DNA of 34,790 nt from Actinomycetota bacterium (GCA_009704705.1 WLDR01000001.1:1-34790); one strand, 5' to 3'; shown: positions 1 to 11,089, counted from the first letter of the stretch. Numbers and translations are program-made. Notes: a model not told the origin generated them from the letters alone.

Positions 1-468
1 GTCGACTTCGCTTCTCAGCGCCGCAATGCCCGCGTCGGCCTGCAACGCGCGTCGCTTGCCTTCAAAGCCAAAGGGCTTAGTCACAACACCAATCGTGAGC
101 GCGCCAATCGACTTGGCAATTCTTGCCACGACTGGAGCGCCGCCCGTGCCGGTGCCACCGCCCTCGCCCGCCGTGACGAACACCATGTCTGCGCCGGCCA
201 GTGCTTCTTCAATTTCTTCTGCGTGATCTTCGGCGGCTTTTCGACCGACCTCGGGGTCGGCACCTGCGCCGAGTCCACGAGTAAGTTGGCGACCCACATC
301 GAGCTTGACGTCCGCTTCGCTCATGAGAAGGGCTTGTGCGTCAGTGTTGACGGCAATGAACTCGACACCCTTGAGTCCGCGCTCGATCATGCGATTGACT
401 GCGTTGACGCCACCACCGCCGACGCCGACCACCTTGATGACGGCGAGGAAGTTTTGATTGGTATTCAC
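1..468 (-). CDS. ftsZ: Cell division protein FtsZ, N-terminal 156 codons only; the 3' end lies beyond the window edge
   Basis: Reverse-complement translation from GTG at 468-466 gives [47 protein letters not shown]...[19 protein letters not shown] (tubulin-like GGGTGTG signature). GGAGG lies 5 nt upstream of the GTG. Last gene of the dcw cluster. It is absent from the ORF track because it is open at the window edge. Confidence 0.95.
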   Translation of the reverse strand, partial: MNTNQNFLAVIKVVGVGGGGVNAVNRMIERGLKGVEFIAVNTDAQALLMSEADVKLDVGRQLTRGLGAGADPEVGRKAAEDHAEEIEEALAGADMVFVTAGEGGGTGTGGAPVVARIAKSIGALTIGVVTKPFGFEGKRRALQADAGIAALRSEVD

Positions 469-512
469 GTTCGGCCTCCGCGGAAACCCTAAACTTCAAC
501 TCGAAGTCTAAA

Positions 513-537
513 GTTATACTGGGTATGCAATTGCATA
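513..537 (-). promoter_or_regulatory. Candidate ftsZ promoter/operator: -10-like TATAAC (518-513, minus strand) directly downstream of the perfect palindrome TATGCAATTGCATA (524-537)
   Basis: Read directly from the AT-rich 139-nt ftsQ-ftsZ spacer. The hexamer lies about 45 nt upstream of the ftsZ GTG. No convincing -35 element was seen. Confidence 0.3.
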
Positions 538-607
538 TCCCCTCGAGAGTACGGTGGCGCCAACTCGGTCTCGGTGAACGACACGCCGAACCCGAATCGT
601 GGCGCGT

Positions 608-1594
608 CTAGCGAACGACGACGTTGTCCTTTGACGAGACGTCATATTCGTTGGCTGTTCCCGGGGGCCAGTTAGCCAAAAGCCCACTGAGTGCCCGCAC
701 CTTGAGCGCTGCGTCATCCGAGCTTCCCCAAAAAACTCTCTGTCCGGTGTCACCGAAAACGTAGGTGACGTCATCTGCCGTCGACGCTGAGATTTCGGAG
801 ATGCGGCTGCGAAGATCCGCGGGCAAGCTCTGGAGCACTTCGATCGCCGAGGCATACGCGACCCCCTTGGCCTCATCTTTCGGCACGCGAATCAACGGGT
901 AATCTCCCGGGTTCTCAGGCCTAGATTCAATCGTGACGCCCGCCGCATCAATCAACTCGAATTTTGTGCCCACGGGAATGTAGACAATCGGTTGCCGTTC
1001 GACCACATGAAGGATGAGCCCATTGGGCGGCCTCGACTCAATTGAGTAGCTCTCAATGAGGGTCTGACGCCTCAAGACTTCTTCGATTCGGCCGATGTCA
1101 ACGAGCGGAAGTGGTTGACCAATCTGGTCGGTCAGTTGCCCCGAAATAGCTGCAGGGTCGACTCGGGTGGTACCCGTCACAGTGATGGTCTGAACCCGCA
1201 TAACCGGAGAGAACACTCCCACAACGACGAAAACGCCCACCGCCAGCAGCGACACGAGGGCGGCCGCCCACGCTTGGCGGCGGCGGCGAACCCGCGCCGT
1301 AAAGCGCCGTACTTCATTGCGTTCAAACGCTTTGCGTGCTTTCTTGGCTTCTCGCAGTGCCATTCGGGCGTCGGCCGCTTCTTCGCGCTGTCGGCGGGCA
1401 ACGCCTGTCTCGCGAGTTTTGCGCGTCGGCGATTGCTTTTCGGCTTTGCGCGCGGGCCTCGATTTCTGCGGGGATTCCTTGGCACGCTTCGGTCGAGTCG
1501 ATTCGGCATCCTCTCGTCTACTCGACAGGGACGTCACGTCCGCCGGTCGGCGTTCAGGTGACGATGGCGTCAGCGGAAAATCTGGGCGCTTCAT
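608..1594 (-). CDS. ftsQ: Cell division protein FtsQ/DivIB: long basic cytoplasmic tail, one TM segment, POTRA plus FtsQ-type domain
   Basis: 328-aa ORF between murC and ftsZ. Lys/Arg-rich N-terminus, then TM segment [19 protein letters not shown], then [21 protein letters not shown]...[27 protein letters not shown] (POTRA-like). Its ATG overlaps the murC stop (ATGA at 1591-1594). Confidence 0.85.
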   Translation of the reverse strand: MKRPDFPLTPSSPERRPADVTSLSSRREDAESTRPKRAKESPQKSRPARKAEKQSPTRKTRETGVARRQREEAADARMALREAKKARKAFERNEVRRFTARVRRRRQAWAAALVSLLAVGVFVVVGVFSPVMRVQTITVTGTTRVDPAAISGQLTDQIGQPLPLVDIGRIEEVLRRQTLIESYSIESRPPNGLILHVVERQPIVYIPVGTKFELIDAAGVTIESRPENPGDYPLIRVPKDEAKGVAYASAIEVLQSLPADLRSRISEISASTADDVTYVFGDTGQRVFWGSSDDAALKVRALSGLLANWPPGTANEYDVSSKDNVVVR

Positions 1595-2997
1595 GCCAAC
1601 GGTGCGCGGTGGGTCAGCGCGTCGACGACCTGCGGAATGATTCGATAGACATCACCACAGCCCAGCGTGATCACAAAGTCGCCGGGGCGAGAAATCTCGG
1701 CAATTCGAGCGGCGGCCTGCGCCCAATCCGGCTCATAAAACACGTTTTGCGGGTCAGCGAATTTACTCGTCACGAGCTCACCGGTGACCCCCGGGACGGG
1801 GTCTTCGCGCGCGCCATAAACATCGAGGCACACCGTCACGTCCGCCTTGTTCTCGAGAACTTCGGCGAACTCAACGCACATCATCGCCGTACGGCTGTAG
1901 AGGTGAGGTTGTTGCAGAGCGATGAGGCGCCCAGCACCCACGACCGTGCGAGCTGCCGACAGCACCGCATCCACTTCGGTCGGATGGTGAGCGTAGTCGT
2001 CATACACGCTCACACCGTCGACTACGGCGTGAAGTTCGAAACGGCGCTCTGTACCGCCAAATTTGGCAATCCCCGCCATCGACGAAGCCGGGTCGAAGCC
2101 CATCCCGACGAGAACGGCAAAAACGCCAGCAGCATTAATCGCGTTGTGGCGACCAGGCACGCGAAGGGTTGTCTCGAACGACTCCCCGTTCCAGACCACG
2201 CCGAATCTCACGTTTCCTGCGCTGGTGTCGATCACAGAAATGCGTACGTCAGCTCCTGGGCTCTCACCGAATGTGATCACCCGGTCGTGGCTCAATTGTT
2301 GTGAAACCGAAATTGCGCCCGGGTCATCCGCCGAAATCACAACCAGCTCCGACGCGGCCGACGCAAACTTGACGAATGCGTCGATGAAGGCGTCATGCGA
2401 ACCGTAGTGGTCGAGATGATCCGGATCGACATTTGTGATCAGAGCTACTGCCGTCGAGTAAATGAGAAAGGAACCATCGGATTCGTCAGCTTCAACGACG
2501 AACTCATTGGATGAACCTGATTGCGCACTTCTGCCGAGCCCGTGCACGACGCCACCGTTGACGAACCCGGGGTCTTCGCCGAGGTGCTTGAGGGCCGTGA
2601 TCAGCATGCCGGTCGATGTGGTCTTGCCGTGGGCTCCGGCAACCGAAACGAGTCGCTTGTTCCTCGTGAGCCATTCCAACGCTTGTGCGCGGTGAAAGAC
2701 CGGGATGCCTCGCTCCAGAGCGAGCAGATACTCCGGATTGTCTTGCCACAGTGCACCCGTGACGACAAGTTGATCAGCACTACCGACATGCGCCGCGTCG
2801 TGTCCAATGCTGACCTCAACGCCGAGATCCCTCAATGCGTGCGTTGCAGAAGACTCTCGCGAGTCTGATCCGGTGACCGAAATGCCTGACTCGACAAACA
2901 TGCGGGCAATTCCGCTCATGCCAGATCCACCGATGCCAACAAAGTGCACCTTGCCCCACGTTTCGGGAGCTGTCACATTCAGGTCTGGCTTGATCAC
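1591..2997 (-). CDS. murC: UDP-N-acetylmuramate--L-alanine ligase
   Basis: 468 aa. [17 protein letters not shown]-terminal motif, Mur ligase P-loop [13 protein letters not shown], dcw position. Confidence 0.95.
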   Translation of the reverse strand: MIKPDLNVTAPETWGKVHFVGIGGSGMSGIARMFVESGISVTGSDSRESSATHALRDLGVEVSIGHDAAHVGSADQLVVTGALWQDNPEYLLALERGIPVFHRAQALEWLTRNKRLVSVAGAHGKTTSTGMLITALKHLGEDPGFVNGGVVHGLGRSAQSGSSNEFVVEADESDGSFLIYSTAVALITNVDPDHLDHYGSHDAFIDAFVKFASAASELVVISADDPGAISVSQQLSHDRVITFGESPGADVRISVIDTSAGNVRFGVVWNGESFETTLRVPGRHNAINAAGVFAVLVGMGFDPASSMAGIAKFGGTERRFELHAVVDGVSVYDDYAHHPTEVDAVLSAARTVVGAGRLIALQQPHLYSRTAMMCVEFAEVLENKADVTVCLDVYGAREDPVPGVTGELVTSKFADPQNVFYEPDWAQAAARIAEISRPGDFVITLGCGDVYRIIPQVVDALTHRAPLA

Positions 2998-3021
2998 CGC
3001 AGAGTCCTTGCGAAGAGGTCG

Positions 3022-3035
3022 GCCACACGTGTGGC
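3022..3035. repeat. Perfect 14-bp palindrome GCCACACGTGTGGC in the murG-murC spacer
   Basis: Read directly; it is its own reverse complement. It lies about 25 nt upstream of the murC GTG (2997). Confidence 0.6.
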
Positions 3036-3117
3036 GCTAAGTTCACGATGACTCTAACTCAGGCAGAAGGGCGTCCCGTGAGCGCCACGCAGGTCTCTGC
3101 CCGTGGCTCGAGTCCGG

Positions 3118-4200
3118 TCACTTCGTAAGTGGCGCCATCGCCTCATCAATAAGGTCGAGCATGCGCGCTCGCCCGTCACGAATCCCCACAGAGGCAGATA
3201 CGCTTGCCATCTCGTTCAGGCGCGCCGTATCGAGGAGGAGAGGAAGCGCGTTTTCCCGGATCCACGCCGGCGTGAATTCACCGTCGGGCACCAAGACTGC
3301 ACCTCCCGCATCGACGAGAGGAAGCGCGTTGAATCGCTGTTCTCCGTTTCCGACTGGATACGGAACGAACACCGCGGGCACCCCCAGAGCGGCCAACTCA
3401 CTGACTGTCGAGGAGCCGGCACGAGAAACCACAAGGTCAGCGCACGCGAGGGCGTCGCGCATCCGATCACAGTATTCGAGCACCACGTGACCGTGGGCCT
3501 GCGAGCCGATTGGCGCAGTTTGCCTGCCGGTGATGTGCAGTATTTGCACGCCGGCAGATCGCAGGTCGGGCACAGCCGCAGAGACAGCGCCATTGATGGA
3601 ACGCGCTCCCAGAGAACCGCCGGTCACAACCAGTGTGAGCGCGTCGGGGTCGAGACCAAATGAACGCCTCAATTCCGCTCGTGAAGCCGGGTCGACGAGG
3701 TGTTCAAATTCCGCTCGCAGTGGCATTCCAACCAGGCGAGCGTCGCGCAGAGGTGTTCCAGGAATTGCGATGCCAACGAAATGAGTCCACCGCGAGCCCA
3801 GCCGATTCGCCAGCCCCGGACGAGCGTTTGCTTCGTGTATGACGATGGGGATGCGCTGTGCACGAGCGGCCGCGTAAGCCGGAGCCGATGCGTACCCCCC
3901 GACGCCGACGACAACGTCAACGTGCCGTCGAACAATCACGTCTCTCACGGCGCGAACGGCACGGCGCCAGCGAACAGGAAACGTCAAGGCCGACGCGGTC
4001 AACCGTCGGGGGAACGGGAGTTTTTCGATGGTAATCAGCTCGTATCCCGCCGCAGGCACCAGTCGGGCTTCGAGCCCCTCGGCCGTGCCCAGCATGAGTA
4101 TCTCGGCAGACGCGTCTCGCTCGCGCAGCGCATCCGCAATTGCAATCATGGGATTGACATGCCCCGCTGTGCCGCCGCCGGCCATCAAATAGACGGTCAC
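3118..4200 (-). CDS. murG: Undecaprenyldiphospho-muramoylpentapeptide beta-N-acetylglucosaminyltransferase
   Basis: 360 aa. MAGGGTAGHVNPMIAIADAL N-terminal glycosyltransferase-28 motif, dcw position, ATGA overlap with ftsW. Confidence 0.95.
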   Translation of the reverse strand: MTVYLMAGGGTAGHVNPMIAIADALRERDASAEILMLGTAEGLEARLVPAAGYELITIEKLPFPRRLTASALTFPVRWRRAVRAVRDVIVRRHVDVVVGVGGYASAPAYAAARAQRIPIVIHEANARPGLANRLGSRWTHFVGIAIPGTPLRDARLVGMPLRAEFEHLVDPASRAELRRSFGLDPDALTLVVTGGSLGARSINGAVSAAVPDLRSAGVQILHITGRQTAPIGSQAHGHVVLEYCDRMRDALACADLVVSRAGSSTVSELAALGVPAVFVPYPVGNGEQRFNALPLVDAGGAVLVPDGEFTPAWIRENALPLLLDTARLNEMASVSASVGIRDGRARMLDLIDEAMAPLTK

Positions 4201-5558
4201 GTCTGCCGATCCGATCTGAGCGACGTCCGTTGACTCCCCCGCAGTGCCACAACATTCCGAACGGGCGACTGTTGACGCTGAGTAACAGAGCGCCGCGCTG
4301 AAGCACCTGGAGTACGACGACTATCGCGGTTTGCCCGTGCGAACGAAAGAACGATTCCGACAGCAACCAGGTTGGCAAAGAGCGCCGTTCCACCCGAGGA
4401 AAGGAACGGAAGCGGAACACCGAGAACGGGGAGAATTCCGACGACGACACCGATGTTTATCGCCGCCTGACCGATGATCCAGAACATGATGGCACCGGTC
4501 GTAATTCGAACCATGCGGTTGTCTGACTCTCGAATGATGCGCAAGAAGATCACGGTCAACAAAACGTAGAGGGCAATGACCACAAGGCACCCGATGAGTC
4601 CCATTTCTTCACCGATGATTGCGAAAATGTAGTCGTTGTCGGCCGCAGGAAGCCATGACCATTTGGACTTTGAGTTACCGAGTCCAACGCCGAAGATTCC
4701 ACCATTTGCCATCGCCCACTTGCCGTGAAGCGGTTGCCAACATGCGTTGATGTAGTCCGTGCACTCGTTCATAAACGAGAGAATGCGGTCCATTCGGTTA
4801 GAACTTGTCCACGCCATGACCAAAATGCCCAGCGCACCGAGTGTCGCCGGAATGAGCAAAATTCGCATCGGGAGGCCGGCAAACAAGAGCCCGCCCACGA
4901 CGATGATGGCCATAATCATCGTCGTGCCGAGGTCTTTGCCATAAAGCACCAATGCCATCAGTCCAACAGCGGGAATGATCGGAAATAGAACATGCCACGT
5001 GTTCATGCCAACCCGGTCGATGGCTTTGGGAAGTGCAACACCGAGTGAGACGGCGATGACAATCTTGACGAGTTCCGACGGCTGACCGGTGATCGACCCA
5101 ATCGCAAGCCAGTTTCGGTTTCCGCCGGTCTCGACACCGAGAGGCGTAAATACCACCAGAAATTGAAGGATGAAAGCGGAAAGGAGCATGACCTTCAACC
5201 AGCGACCCCAAAAGACGAGAGGAAGCTTCGCGATGATAAGCATCAACGGAATGCCCAGCGCGGCAAATCCAGCTTGTTTCAGAAATCCACCAAAGAACCC
5301 GGAATCCGAGAGAAACGAGCCAATCGACGAGGCGGAGAAAACGATAATCAAACCAAAGATGACGAGAAAGACGACTGTGCCAAGGAGCATGTAATAGTTG
5401 GAATTCTCGGAACGCAGCGCATTGCCAAGAAAGATTCTCGCGGTGGTCGCCTTCGAGGGTGGAGTTTCACCGTTTCGGGGACGCTGGGGCCGTGTTGCAC
5501 GGCGCGAGGAGTCAATCACGCTGCGGTTGGCGCGAGGTGGGCGCGGATTCGACATCAC
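4197..5558 (-). CDS. ftsW: Peptidoglycan glycosyltransferase / lipid II flippase-family protein FtsW (SEDS family)
   Basis: 453 aa and polytopic. SEDS-like segments (NRNWLAIGSITGQPSELVKI, PAADNDYIFAIIGEEMGLIG, LPFLSSGGTALF). Basic N- and C-terminal tails. Lies between murD and murG. GAGGAGG lies upstream of the ATG. Confidence 0.9.
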   Translation of the reverse strand: MMSNPRPPRANRSVIDSSRRATRPQRPRNGETPPSKATTARIFLGNALRSENSNYYMLLGTVVFLVIFGLIIVFSASSIGSFLSDSGFFGGFLKQAGFAALGIPLMLIIAKLPLVFWGRWLKVMLLSAFILQFLVVFTPLGVETGGNRNWLAIGSITGQPSELVKIVIAVSLGVALPKAIDRVGMNTWHVLFPIIPAVGLMALVLYGKDLGTTMIMAIIVVGGLLFAGLPMRILLIPATLGALGILVMAWTSSNRMDRILSFMNECTDYINACWQPLHGKWAMANGGIFGVGLGNSKSKWSWLPAADNDYIFAIIGEEMGLIGCLVVIALYVLLTVIFLRIIRESDNRMVRITTGAIMFWIIGQAAINIGVVVGILPVLGVPLPFLSSGGTALFANLVAVGIVLSFARANRDSRRTPGASARRSVTQRQQSPVRNVVALRGSQRTSLRSDRQT

Positions 5559-5574
5559 GCCTCCTCAAAGAAAA

Positions 5575-7050
5575 CTATGTTCCGACGTGAGCTCGAACGG
5601 CCTCAGCGAAGAGCCGCCCTCGTTCCGCGTAGTCGGTGAATTGATCCATCGATGCTGCCGCCGGAGCAAGCAAAACGATGTCGCCCCGGGTCACAAACTC
5701 CGCCGCTAAACGCACGGCATCGCCCATGACGCCTTTAGTTTCGCTCGAGTTCACCTCCACGACGGGGATGTTCGGCGCGTGTTGCGCGAATGCGGCGAGC
5801 ACCGAATCCCGCTCGATGCCAATCACGACCGCAGCTTTTAGGCGTTCGGCGTGACGCGCGACGAGGTCATCAATCGAAACTCCCTTGAGTAACCCACCGA
5901 CAATCCACACAATCGAATCGTTTGCGCGCAGCGACGCGTCGGCCGCGTGTGGGTTCGTGGCTTTGGAATCATCAATCCACGAGACTCCGTCTACCGACGC
6001 AATTGTTTCGTAGCGGTGTGCATCCACTCGGAATGCCGTGGCCGCTTCGGCAACCGCCTCAATCGATGCCCCCACGCAACGGGCCAGTGCTGACGCCGCG
6101 AGCACGTTCGCCACCATGTGCGGGGCATCAAGACCGTTTGAACGAAGTTCATCGACCGTTGTGATTTCGAGCGCTTCGGCATGACGATTGTCGAGAAATG
6201 CCCGATCGAGCAAGATTCCGTCTACGACGCCGAAGTCGGACATTCCCGGTGAATCGAGTCCGAAACCAATTGCGCGCGCTCCGTCGACGACGTTCGCTTC
6301 TTCGACCATGTGCATGGTGCGGTCGTCGGCTCGGTTATAGACGCACGCAAGCTTCGTGTTCTCATACACTTTTGCCTTTGCCCGAGCGTATTCCTCGAAT
6401 GAACCATGCCAGTCGAGGTGGTCTTCGGCCACGTTGAGGCACGCCGAAGCCACTGGAGAAACGCCCCGCATCCAATGCAACTGATAGCTCGACACTTCGA
6501 CTGCGAAGAAATCGAATCCTTGAGGGTCGCGCACGGCGTCGAGAATGGGCACGCCGATGTTTCCGCACGGAGCCACGCGATAGCCGGCGTGCAACAACAT
6601 GTGCGCTGTGAGCTGCGTCGTCGTGGTTTTGCCGTTGGTTCCCGTGATGAGAATCCATTCCGCAGGAGCCCCGGTTTGCTTGTCGCGCACGCGCCAGGCA
6701 AGTTCGATGTCGCCCCAGATAGGAATCTTGCGTGCCTGCCCCCAATTGAGAATTGGATGGTTGGGATGGTAGCCAGGTGACACGACGATGAGCTCGGGAT
6801 CAAAATCCACAAGCTCCTGGGGAACCGAATCGCCGATTTCATCCAGCACGACCGAAACACCCAAGACTGAGCACATGTCTCGACGAATCTGGTCTGCGGT
6901 TGCCGCCACAACCAGAACCTTGCAGTTCAGTTCGACGAGCGTGTCAGCGACAGAGAACCCGGTGACGCCGAGGCCGAGCACTGCCACACGCAGTCCGGAC
7001 CAATCGGCATGCCAGCTGTGCAGGTCTTCGCACCGAGGAGTCTCAGTCAT
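5575..7050 (-). CDS. murD: UDP-N-acetylmuramoylalanine--D-glutamate ligase
   Basis: 491 aa. VAVLGLGVTGFSVA Rossmann-like N-terminus, ITGTNGKTTTTQL P-loop, dcw position. Confidence 0.95.
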   Translation of the reverse strand: MTETPRCEDLHSWHADWSGLRVAVLGLGVTGFSVADTLVELNCKVLVVAATADQIRRDMCSVLGVSVVLDEIGDSVPQELVDFDPELIVVSPGYHPNHPILNWGQARKIPIWGDIELAWRVRDKQTGAPAEWILITGTNGKTTTTQLTAHMLLHAGYRVAPCGNIGVPILDAVRDPQGFDFFAVEVSSYQLHWMRGVSPVASACLNVAEDHLDWHGSFEEYARAKAKVYENTKLACVYNRADDRTMHMVEEANVVDGARAIGFGLDSPGMSDFGVVDGILLDRAFLDNRHAEALEITTVDELRSNGLDAPHMVANVLAASALARCVGASIEAVAEAATAFRVDAHRYETIASVDGVSWIDDSKATNPHAADASLRANDSIVWIVGGLLKGVSIDDLVARHAERLKAAVVIGIERDSVLAAFAQHAPNIPVVEVNSSETKGVMGDAVRLAAEFVTRGDIVLLAPAAASMDQFTDYAERGRLFAEAVRAHVGT

Positions 7051-7056
7051 GGAGAA

Positions 7057-8151
7057 CTACCGCGAAAGCCACTCGAGGTAGAAGGTGCCCACGCCAGCCG
7101 CGACACACAGACCGGCAATGATCCAGAAGCGCACAACGACCGTGACTTCGGCCCACCCCTTCACCTCGAAGTGATGGTGAATCGGGCTCATCAAGAAGAC
7201 GCGCTTTCCGCCCGAAAGCTTGAAATAACCACGCTGGATGAGCACGGATGCGGTGTCGAAAACGAACAATCCACCAATGAGAATGAGGAGGAGTTCGGTC
7301 TGACTCAATACGGCCAATGCGGCAAGGGCACCGCCGAGCGCCATCGACCCAGTGTCGCCCATGAAGATCTGCGCGGGAGATGTGTTCCACCACAAGAACC
7401 CGATGAGCGATCCCACAATCGCCGCCGCGATGATTGCCAGGTCAATCGGGTCGCGCACCTCGTAACACTTGTAGAGCACGTCTTTGTCAATTGTGGAGCT
7501 GAAGCACGATTGGTTGAACTGCCAGAAGTTGATGATGATGAAGGCGCCGATAGCGAGGATTGACGAACCCGAGGCCAAGCCATCTAGGCCGTCGGCAAGG
7601 TTTACGGCATTCGTAGTCGCGGTGACGATGATGATGATCCACACGCAGAACAGCACGATGCCAATGACTGTTCCCAGCGCCATGAAGTCGAGCCCCGTGT
7701 CTCGCACGACGCTGATTTCGGTTGAGGCGGGCGTGAGCCCATTTTCATCGGGGAAGTTGATGGCCAAGAGCGCGAAAGCTGTCGCGATGACAACCTGTCC
7801 CACAATTTTCCACCAACCGTTGAGGCCGAGACTGCGTTGTTTGTGGGTCTTGATGAAATCGTCAATGAAGCCGACCGTCCCGAGCCCAACCATGAGCATG
7901 AGCACGAGAAGAGGTGACAATTCAATCGACGAACCGGTAATCCAGCTCGAGGCGAAGTATCCGACGATGACGGCGAGGACGATGACGATGCCACCCATCG
8001 TCGGGGTGCCCTTTTTCCAGTGGTGATCGTTGGCCTCGTCGTCGCGGATGAACTGCCCCCACCCAATCTTTCGAAAAATTCGCACAAAGATTGGCGTGAA
8101 GAAAAGACTGAACACCAGAGAGATTGCCCCGGCGAGAAGCAGAGTACTCAC
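7057..8151 (-). CDS. mraY: Phospho-N-acetylmuramoyl-pentapeptide transferase
   Basis: 364 aa polytopic membrane protein. [28 protein letters not shown] and HHHFE motifs. Confidence 0.95.
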   Translation of the reverse strand: MSTLLLAGAISLVFSLFFTPIFVRIFRKIGWGQFIRDDEANDHHWKKGTPTMGGIVIVLAVIVGYFASSWITGSSIELSPLLVLMLMVGLGTVGFIDDFIKTHKQRSLGLNGWWKIVGQVVIATAFALLAINFPDENGLTPASTEISVVRDTGLDFMALGTVIGIVLFCVWIIIIVTATTNAVNLADGLDGLASGSSILAIGAFIIINFWQFNQSCFSSTIDKDVLYKCYEVRDPIDLAIIAAAIVGSLIGFLWWNTSPAQIFMGDTGSMALGGALAALAVLSQTELLLILIGGLFVFDTASVLIQRGYFKLSGGKRVFLMSPIHHHFEVKGWAEVTVVVRFWIIAGLCVAAGVGTFYLEWLSR

Positions 8152-9551
8152 GCGCTGACCTCTCCCAAACGATCGCCCAGAAAGCGCAGATTTGCTGAAT
8201 TCGAAGACTTCACGAGTATCACGTCACCTGGGGCGACGTGACTGACCACATAATCGTATGCCTCGTCTGGTGACGCAAAGTACACGGACTCTCCATCCCA
8301 TGACCCCTCGTTGATGGCAGAGATGTGCAGGCGTCGAGCCTCCTCACCCACAACCACAAGCGCGTCGATGTTGAGCCGAACGACAAGCAAGGCGATACGG
8401 TCGTGTTCTTCTCCAGAAAACTCGCCGAGTTCGGCCATCTCGCCCAGAACTGCAATTGTCCGACTTCCCGCTGGCGCGACCTGAACCAGAGTCTTGAGCG
8501 CAGCCGCCATGGAGTCTGGGCTCGCGTTGTAGGCATCATTGATGACCGTGAACGCATTTCCTGTCAAGACCTCCATGCGCCAGCGTTCAGCACGGGAAAC
8601 CTCGCTCAACGTCGCCAGCACAGCATCGAGCGGGAAACCCAACTCCCTCGCAACGGCAATGGCAGCAAGGGCGTTCATCACGTGATGCTCTCCCAAGACC
8701 TTGAACTGCACGAGTCGCGACTCCCCGTCCGTTTCCAGCGTGAAGCTCGTGCCCGACAAGCTGGTCGAGATGCGGGATGCGCGATAATCACAACCCTCGC
8801 TGAGCCCAAACCACCTAATCGGGCCAGGCGCAACTTCTGCCATCAATCTCACCCGAGGGTCGTCACGATTCAGAATCGAAACGCCACCTGGCACGAGACC
8901 TCGAATGATTTCGGTCTTGGCGATGATTGTGTTTTCGATACCGCCGAACTCACCGGCATGCGCAAGACCGACCATCAACGCGACAGCAATGTCAAGGGGT
9001 GCGATTCGAGTCAACCGCTCTATGTGACCTATGCCGCTGGCCCCGAGTTCGAGCACGAGAAACTTCGTATCGAATGTCACCCTCAGCATGGTGAGGGGGG
9101 CGCCAACTTCGTTGTTGAAGGATGCCTTTGGCCACACTGTTTCACCGTGCTCGGCGCAGAGCGCGGCAACGAGGTTCTTCGTTGTGGTCTTTCCATTGGA
9201 TCCGGTTATTCCGATTATCTTCAAGCGCCCGCGAGAGCGCACGCGAGAGACAACTTCGCGCGCAAGGTCTGCGAGTGCCTCCACCGTGTCCGGCACGATG
9301 ATGTGCGGTACCGATGCATTCACAGCACGATCAACGACCAGTAGCGCGGCGCCGCGCTCGATTGCCTGAGGAATGAACAGGTGCCCGTCGGTTTCTTCGC
9401 CCGGCTTTGCGAAGAAGATCCATCCCGGCTCAATGAGTCGAGAGTCGGTGTCTGAAAAGCCCGAGATCACGTGAGAGTCTTCAACACCAGCGGGCAGAAC
9501 TAAATCCCCCTTGAGGATTGATGAGATTTCACTGAGGGCCATGGGAATCAT
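8148..9551 (-). CDS. murF: UDP-N-acetylmuramoyl-tripeptide--D-alanyl-D-alanine ligase
   Basis: 467 aa. [14 protein letters not shown]-loop, [16 protein letters not shown] overlaps with both murE and mraY. Confidence 0.93.
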   Translation of the reverse strand: MIPMALSEISSILKGDLVLPAGVEDSHVISGFSDTDSRLIEPGWIFFAKPGEETDGHLFIPQAIERGAALLVVDRAVNASVPHIIVPDTVEALADLAREVVSRVRSRGRLKIIGITGSNGKTTTKNLVAALCAEHGETVWPKASFNNEVGAPLTMLRVTFDTKFLVLELGASGIGHIERLTRIAPLDIAVALMVGLAHAGEFGGIENTIIAKTEIIRGLVPGGVSILNRDDPRVRLMAEVAPGPIRWFGLSEGCDYRASRISTSLSGTSFTLETDGESRLVQFKVLGEHHVMNALAAIAVARELGFPLDAVLATLSEVSRAERWRMEVLTGNAFTVINDAYNASPDSMAAALKTLVQVAPAGSRTIAVLGEMAELGEFSGEEHDRIALLVVRLNIDALVVVGEEARRLHISAINEGSWDGESVYFASPDEAYDYVVSHVAPGDVILVKSSNSANLRFLGDRLGEVSA

Positions 9552-11089
9552 CGGTTTTCTCCAACCACGTATCCGGCTTCGCCGAGTGCTTTGCGAACAT
9601 CCTCGCGAGCGTTGTATGGAATCTTCTTGCCCGCTTGTTCGCGATATTCCTCGTGGCCCGGGCCCGCATAGAAGATGACGTCTCCCACGTGAGCGAGCGA
9701 AATGGCCAGTCGAACGGCTCTCGCCGGATCTGGTTCTTCACGGATATCACCGTCGGGTCTAGCACCGACCGCCCCAGCCAGGAGCGCTGCCCGAATGCGT
9801 GCCGGATCTTCTGACCGCGGGTGGTAGTCGGTGATGATGACGATGTCTGCGAGGCGGGCCGAGATTGCCCCCAACTCTGATCGCTTTGCGACATCACGGT
9901 CGCCATCAGCGCCGAAAACCATGATGATTCGACCCGGCGTGACGCGACGAAGCGATTCCAGGCTCGCTCGAAAGGCTTCGGGCGTGTGCCCGTAGTCAAC
10001 GACGAAAACGGGTCCAACGGGACCAGAAACCACTTCAAGCCGCCCGGGAATGTAGACCGGAATCCCCTGAGATCCGCCAATTGCATTCTCAACGTCCGCC
10101 GGCTCGAATCCGGACTCAATCACCATGACAATGGCCAACGCCGCGTTGAGTGCCATAAAGTCTCCGAGCACCGGGATGTGGGAGACGATGCTGATGTCGT
10201 CGGAGTAGACCCGGAATGTCGTGCGCTCAAAAGATTCACCAAGAATCTCAACGCGCCAATCTGCCACGACGTCTTCTCGAGTCGCGATGGTTGTACTCGG
10301 GATTTGGATGCTCTCGGCGAGCCGGAGTCCCCAGTTGTCGTCAACACAAACCACGGCTCGAGCGGCGACGCCACTTCGAAAGAGTCGAGATTTCGCCTCA
10401 AAGTAGTCCTCGAATGTTGCGTAGTCGTCAAGATGGTCATGGCTCAGATTGGCAAAGCCCACCACGTCGAAGTGGATTCCCGACACTCGACTGCGCGTCA
10501 GCGCTTGTGCCGACACTTCAAGTGCCAGTGCCTGAGCACCCGCTTCGCGCGCCAGCGCCATAAACGCGTGCAGTTCTGGCGCCTCCGGCGTCGTCAGCCC
10601 ACTCGTGATTTCCCGGGCACCGATTCGTCGTTGCGCGGTGGTACTGAGCGCGGTTGTGAGGCCGATTGCCTCCAAGATCGCTGCAAGGCAGTACACAATG
10701 CTCGTTTTTCCATTGGTTCCGGTAACGCCAAACGTGAGACGGGTCTCGTCCTGCGAGTCGTAAACATGAGCCGCGACGTCACCGAGGATGTCGCGAGGTG
10801 AATCGACGACAAGAACGGGGACTGGGGCGTCGGCAATAATCTCGGCTCCGGCGACATCCGTCAAGATTGCAACCGCCCCCGCGACGAGGGCGTTGTCGGC
10901 AAACACGGCACCGTGCTGGTTCGCACCGGGGAGGGCCGCAAACAAGTCTCCGGGCCGCACATCCCGACTGGACAACTCGACGCCCGTCACGACGGTCGTG
11001 CCGACCTCACCAATGACACGTTGCGCAAAACGCATGGCAATCTCAGAGAGCGCATGGCCATCGGATGCCGAAGGTCGGAGTGACGGCAT
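9548..11089 (-). CDS. murE: UDP-N-acetylmuramoyl-L-alanyl-D-glutamate--2,6-diaminopimelate (or L-Lys) ligase
   Basis: 513 aa. GVTGTNGKTS P-loop, C-terminal Mur ligase domain (FGADGDRD), dcw position. Confidence 0.94.
   Translation of the reverse strand: MPSLRPSASDGHALSEIAMRFAQRVIGEVGTTVVTGVELSSRDVRPGDLFAALPGANQHGAVFADNALVAGAVAILTDVAGAEIIADAPVPVLVVDSPRDILGDVAAHVYDSQDETRLTFGVTGTNGKTSIVYCLAAILEAIGLTTALSTTAQRRIGAREITSGLTTPEAPELHAFMALAREAGAQALALEVSAQALTRSRVSGIHFDVVGFANLSHDHLDDYATFEDYFEAKSRLFRSGVAARAVVCVDDNWGLRLAESIQIPSTTIATREDVVADWRVEILGESFERTTFRVYSDDISIVSHIPVLGDFMALNAALAIVMVIESGFEPADVENAIGGSQGIPVYIPGRLEVVSGPVGPVFVVDYGHTPEAFRASLESLRRVTPGRIIMVFGADGDRDVAKRSELGAISARLADIVIITDYHPRSEDPARIRAALLAGAVGARPDGDIREEPDPARAVRLAISLAHVGDVIFYAGPGHEEYREQAGKKIPYNAREDVRKALGEAGYVVGENR

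Noticed and set aside
1336-2304. Long ORFs antisense to or out of frame with real genes: 1336-2304 (+), 8325-9344 (+), 9986-10801 (+), 23245-24048 (-), 27789-28754 (+), 18860-19645 (+), 18009-18503 (-), 15292-15837 (+).
   Set aside because: Each lies entirely inside a gene with unambiguous family motifs. Their translations are Arg/Ser/Pro/Ala-rich and low-complexity with no recognisable motifs, which is typical of shadow ORFs in GC-rich DNA. There is no independent SD/start support.
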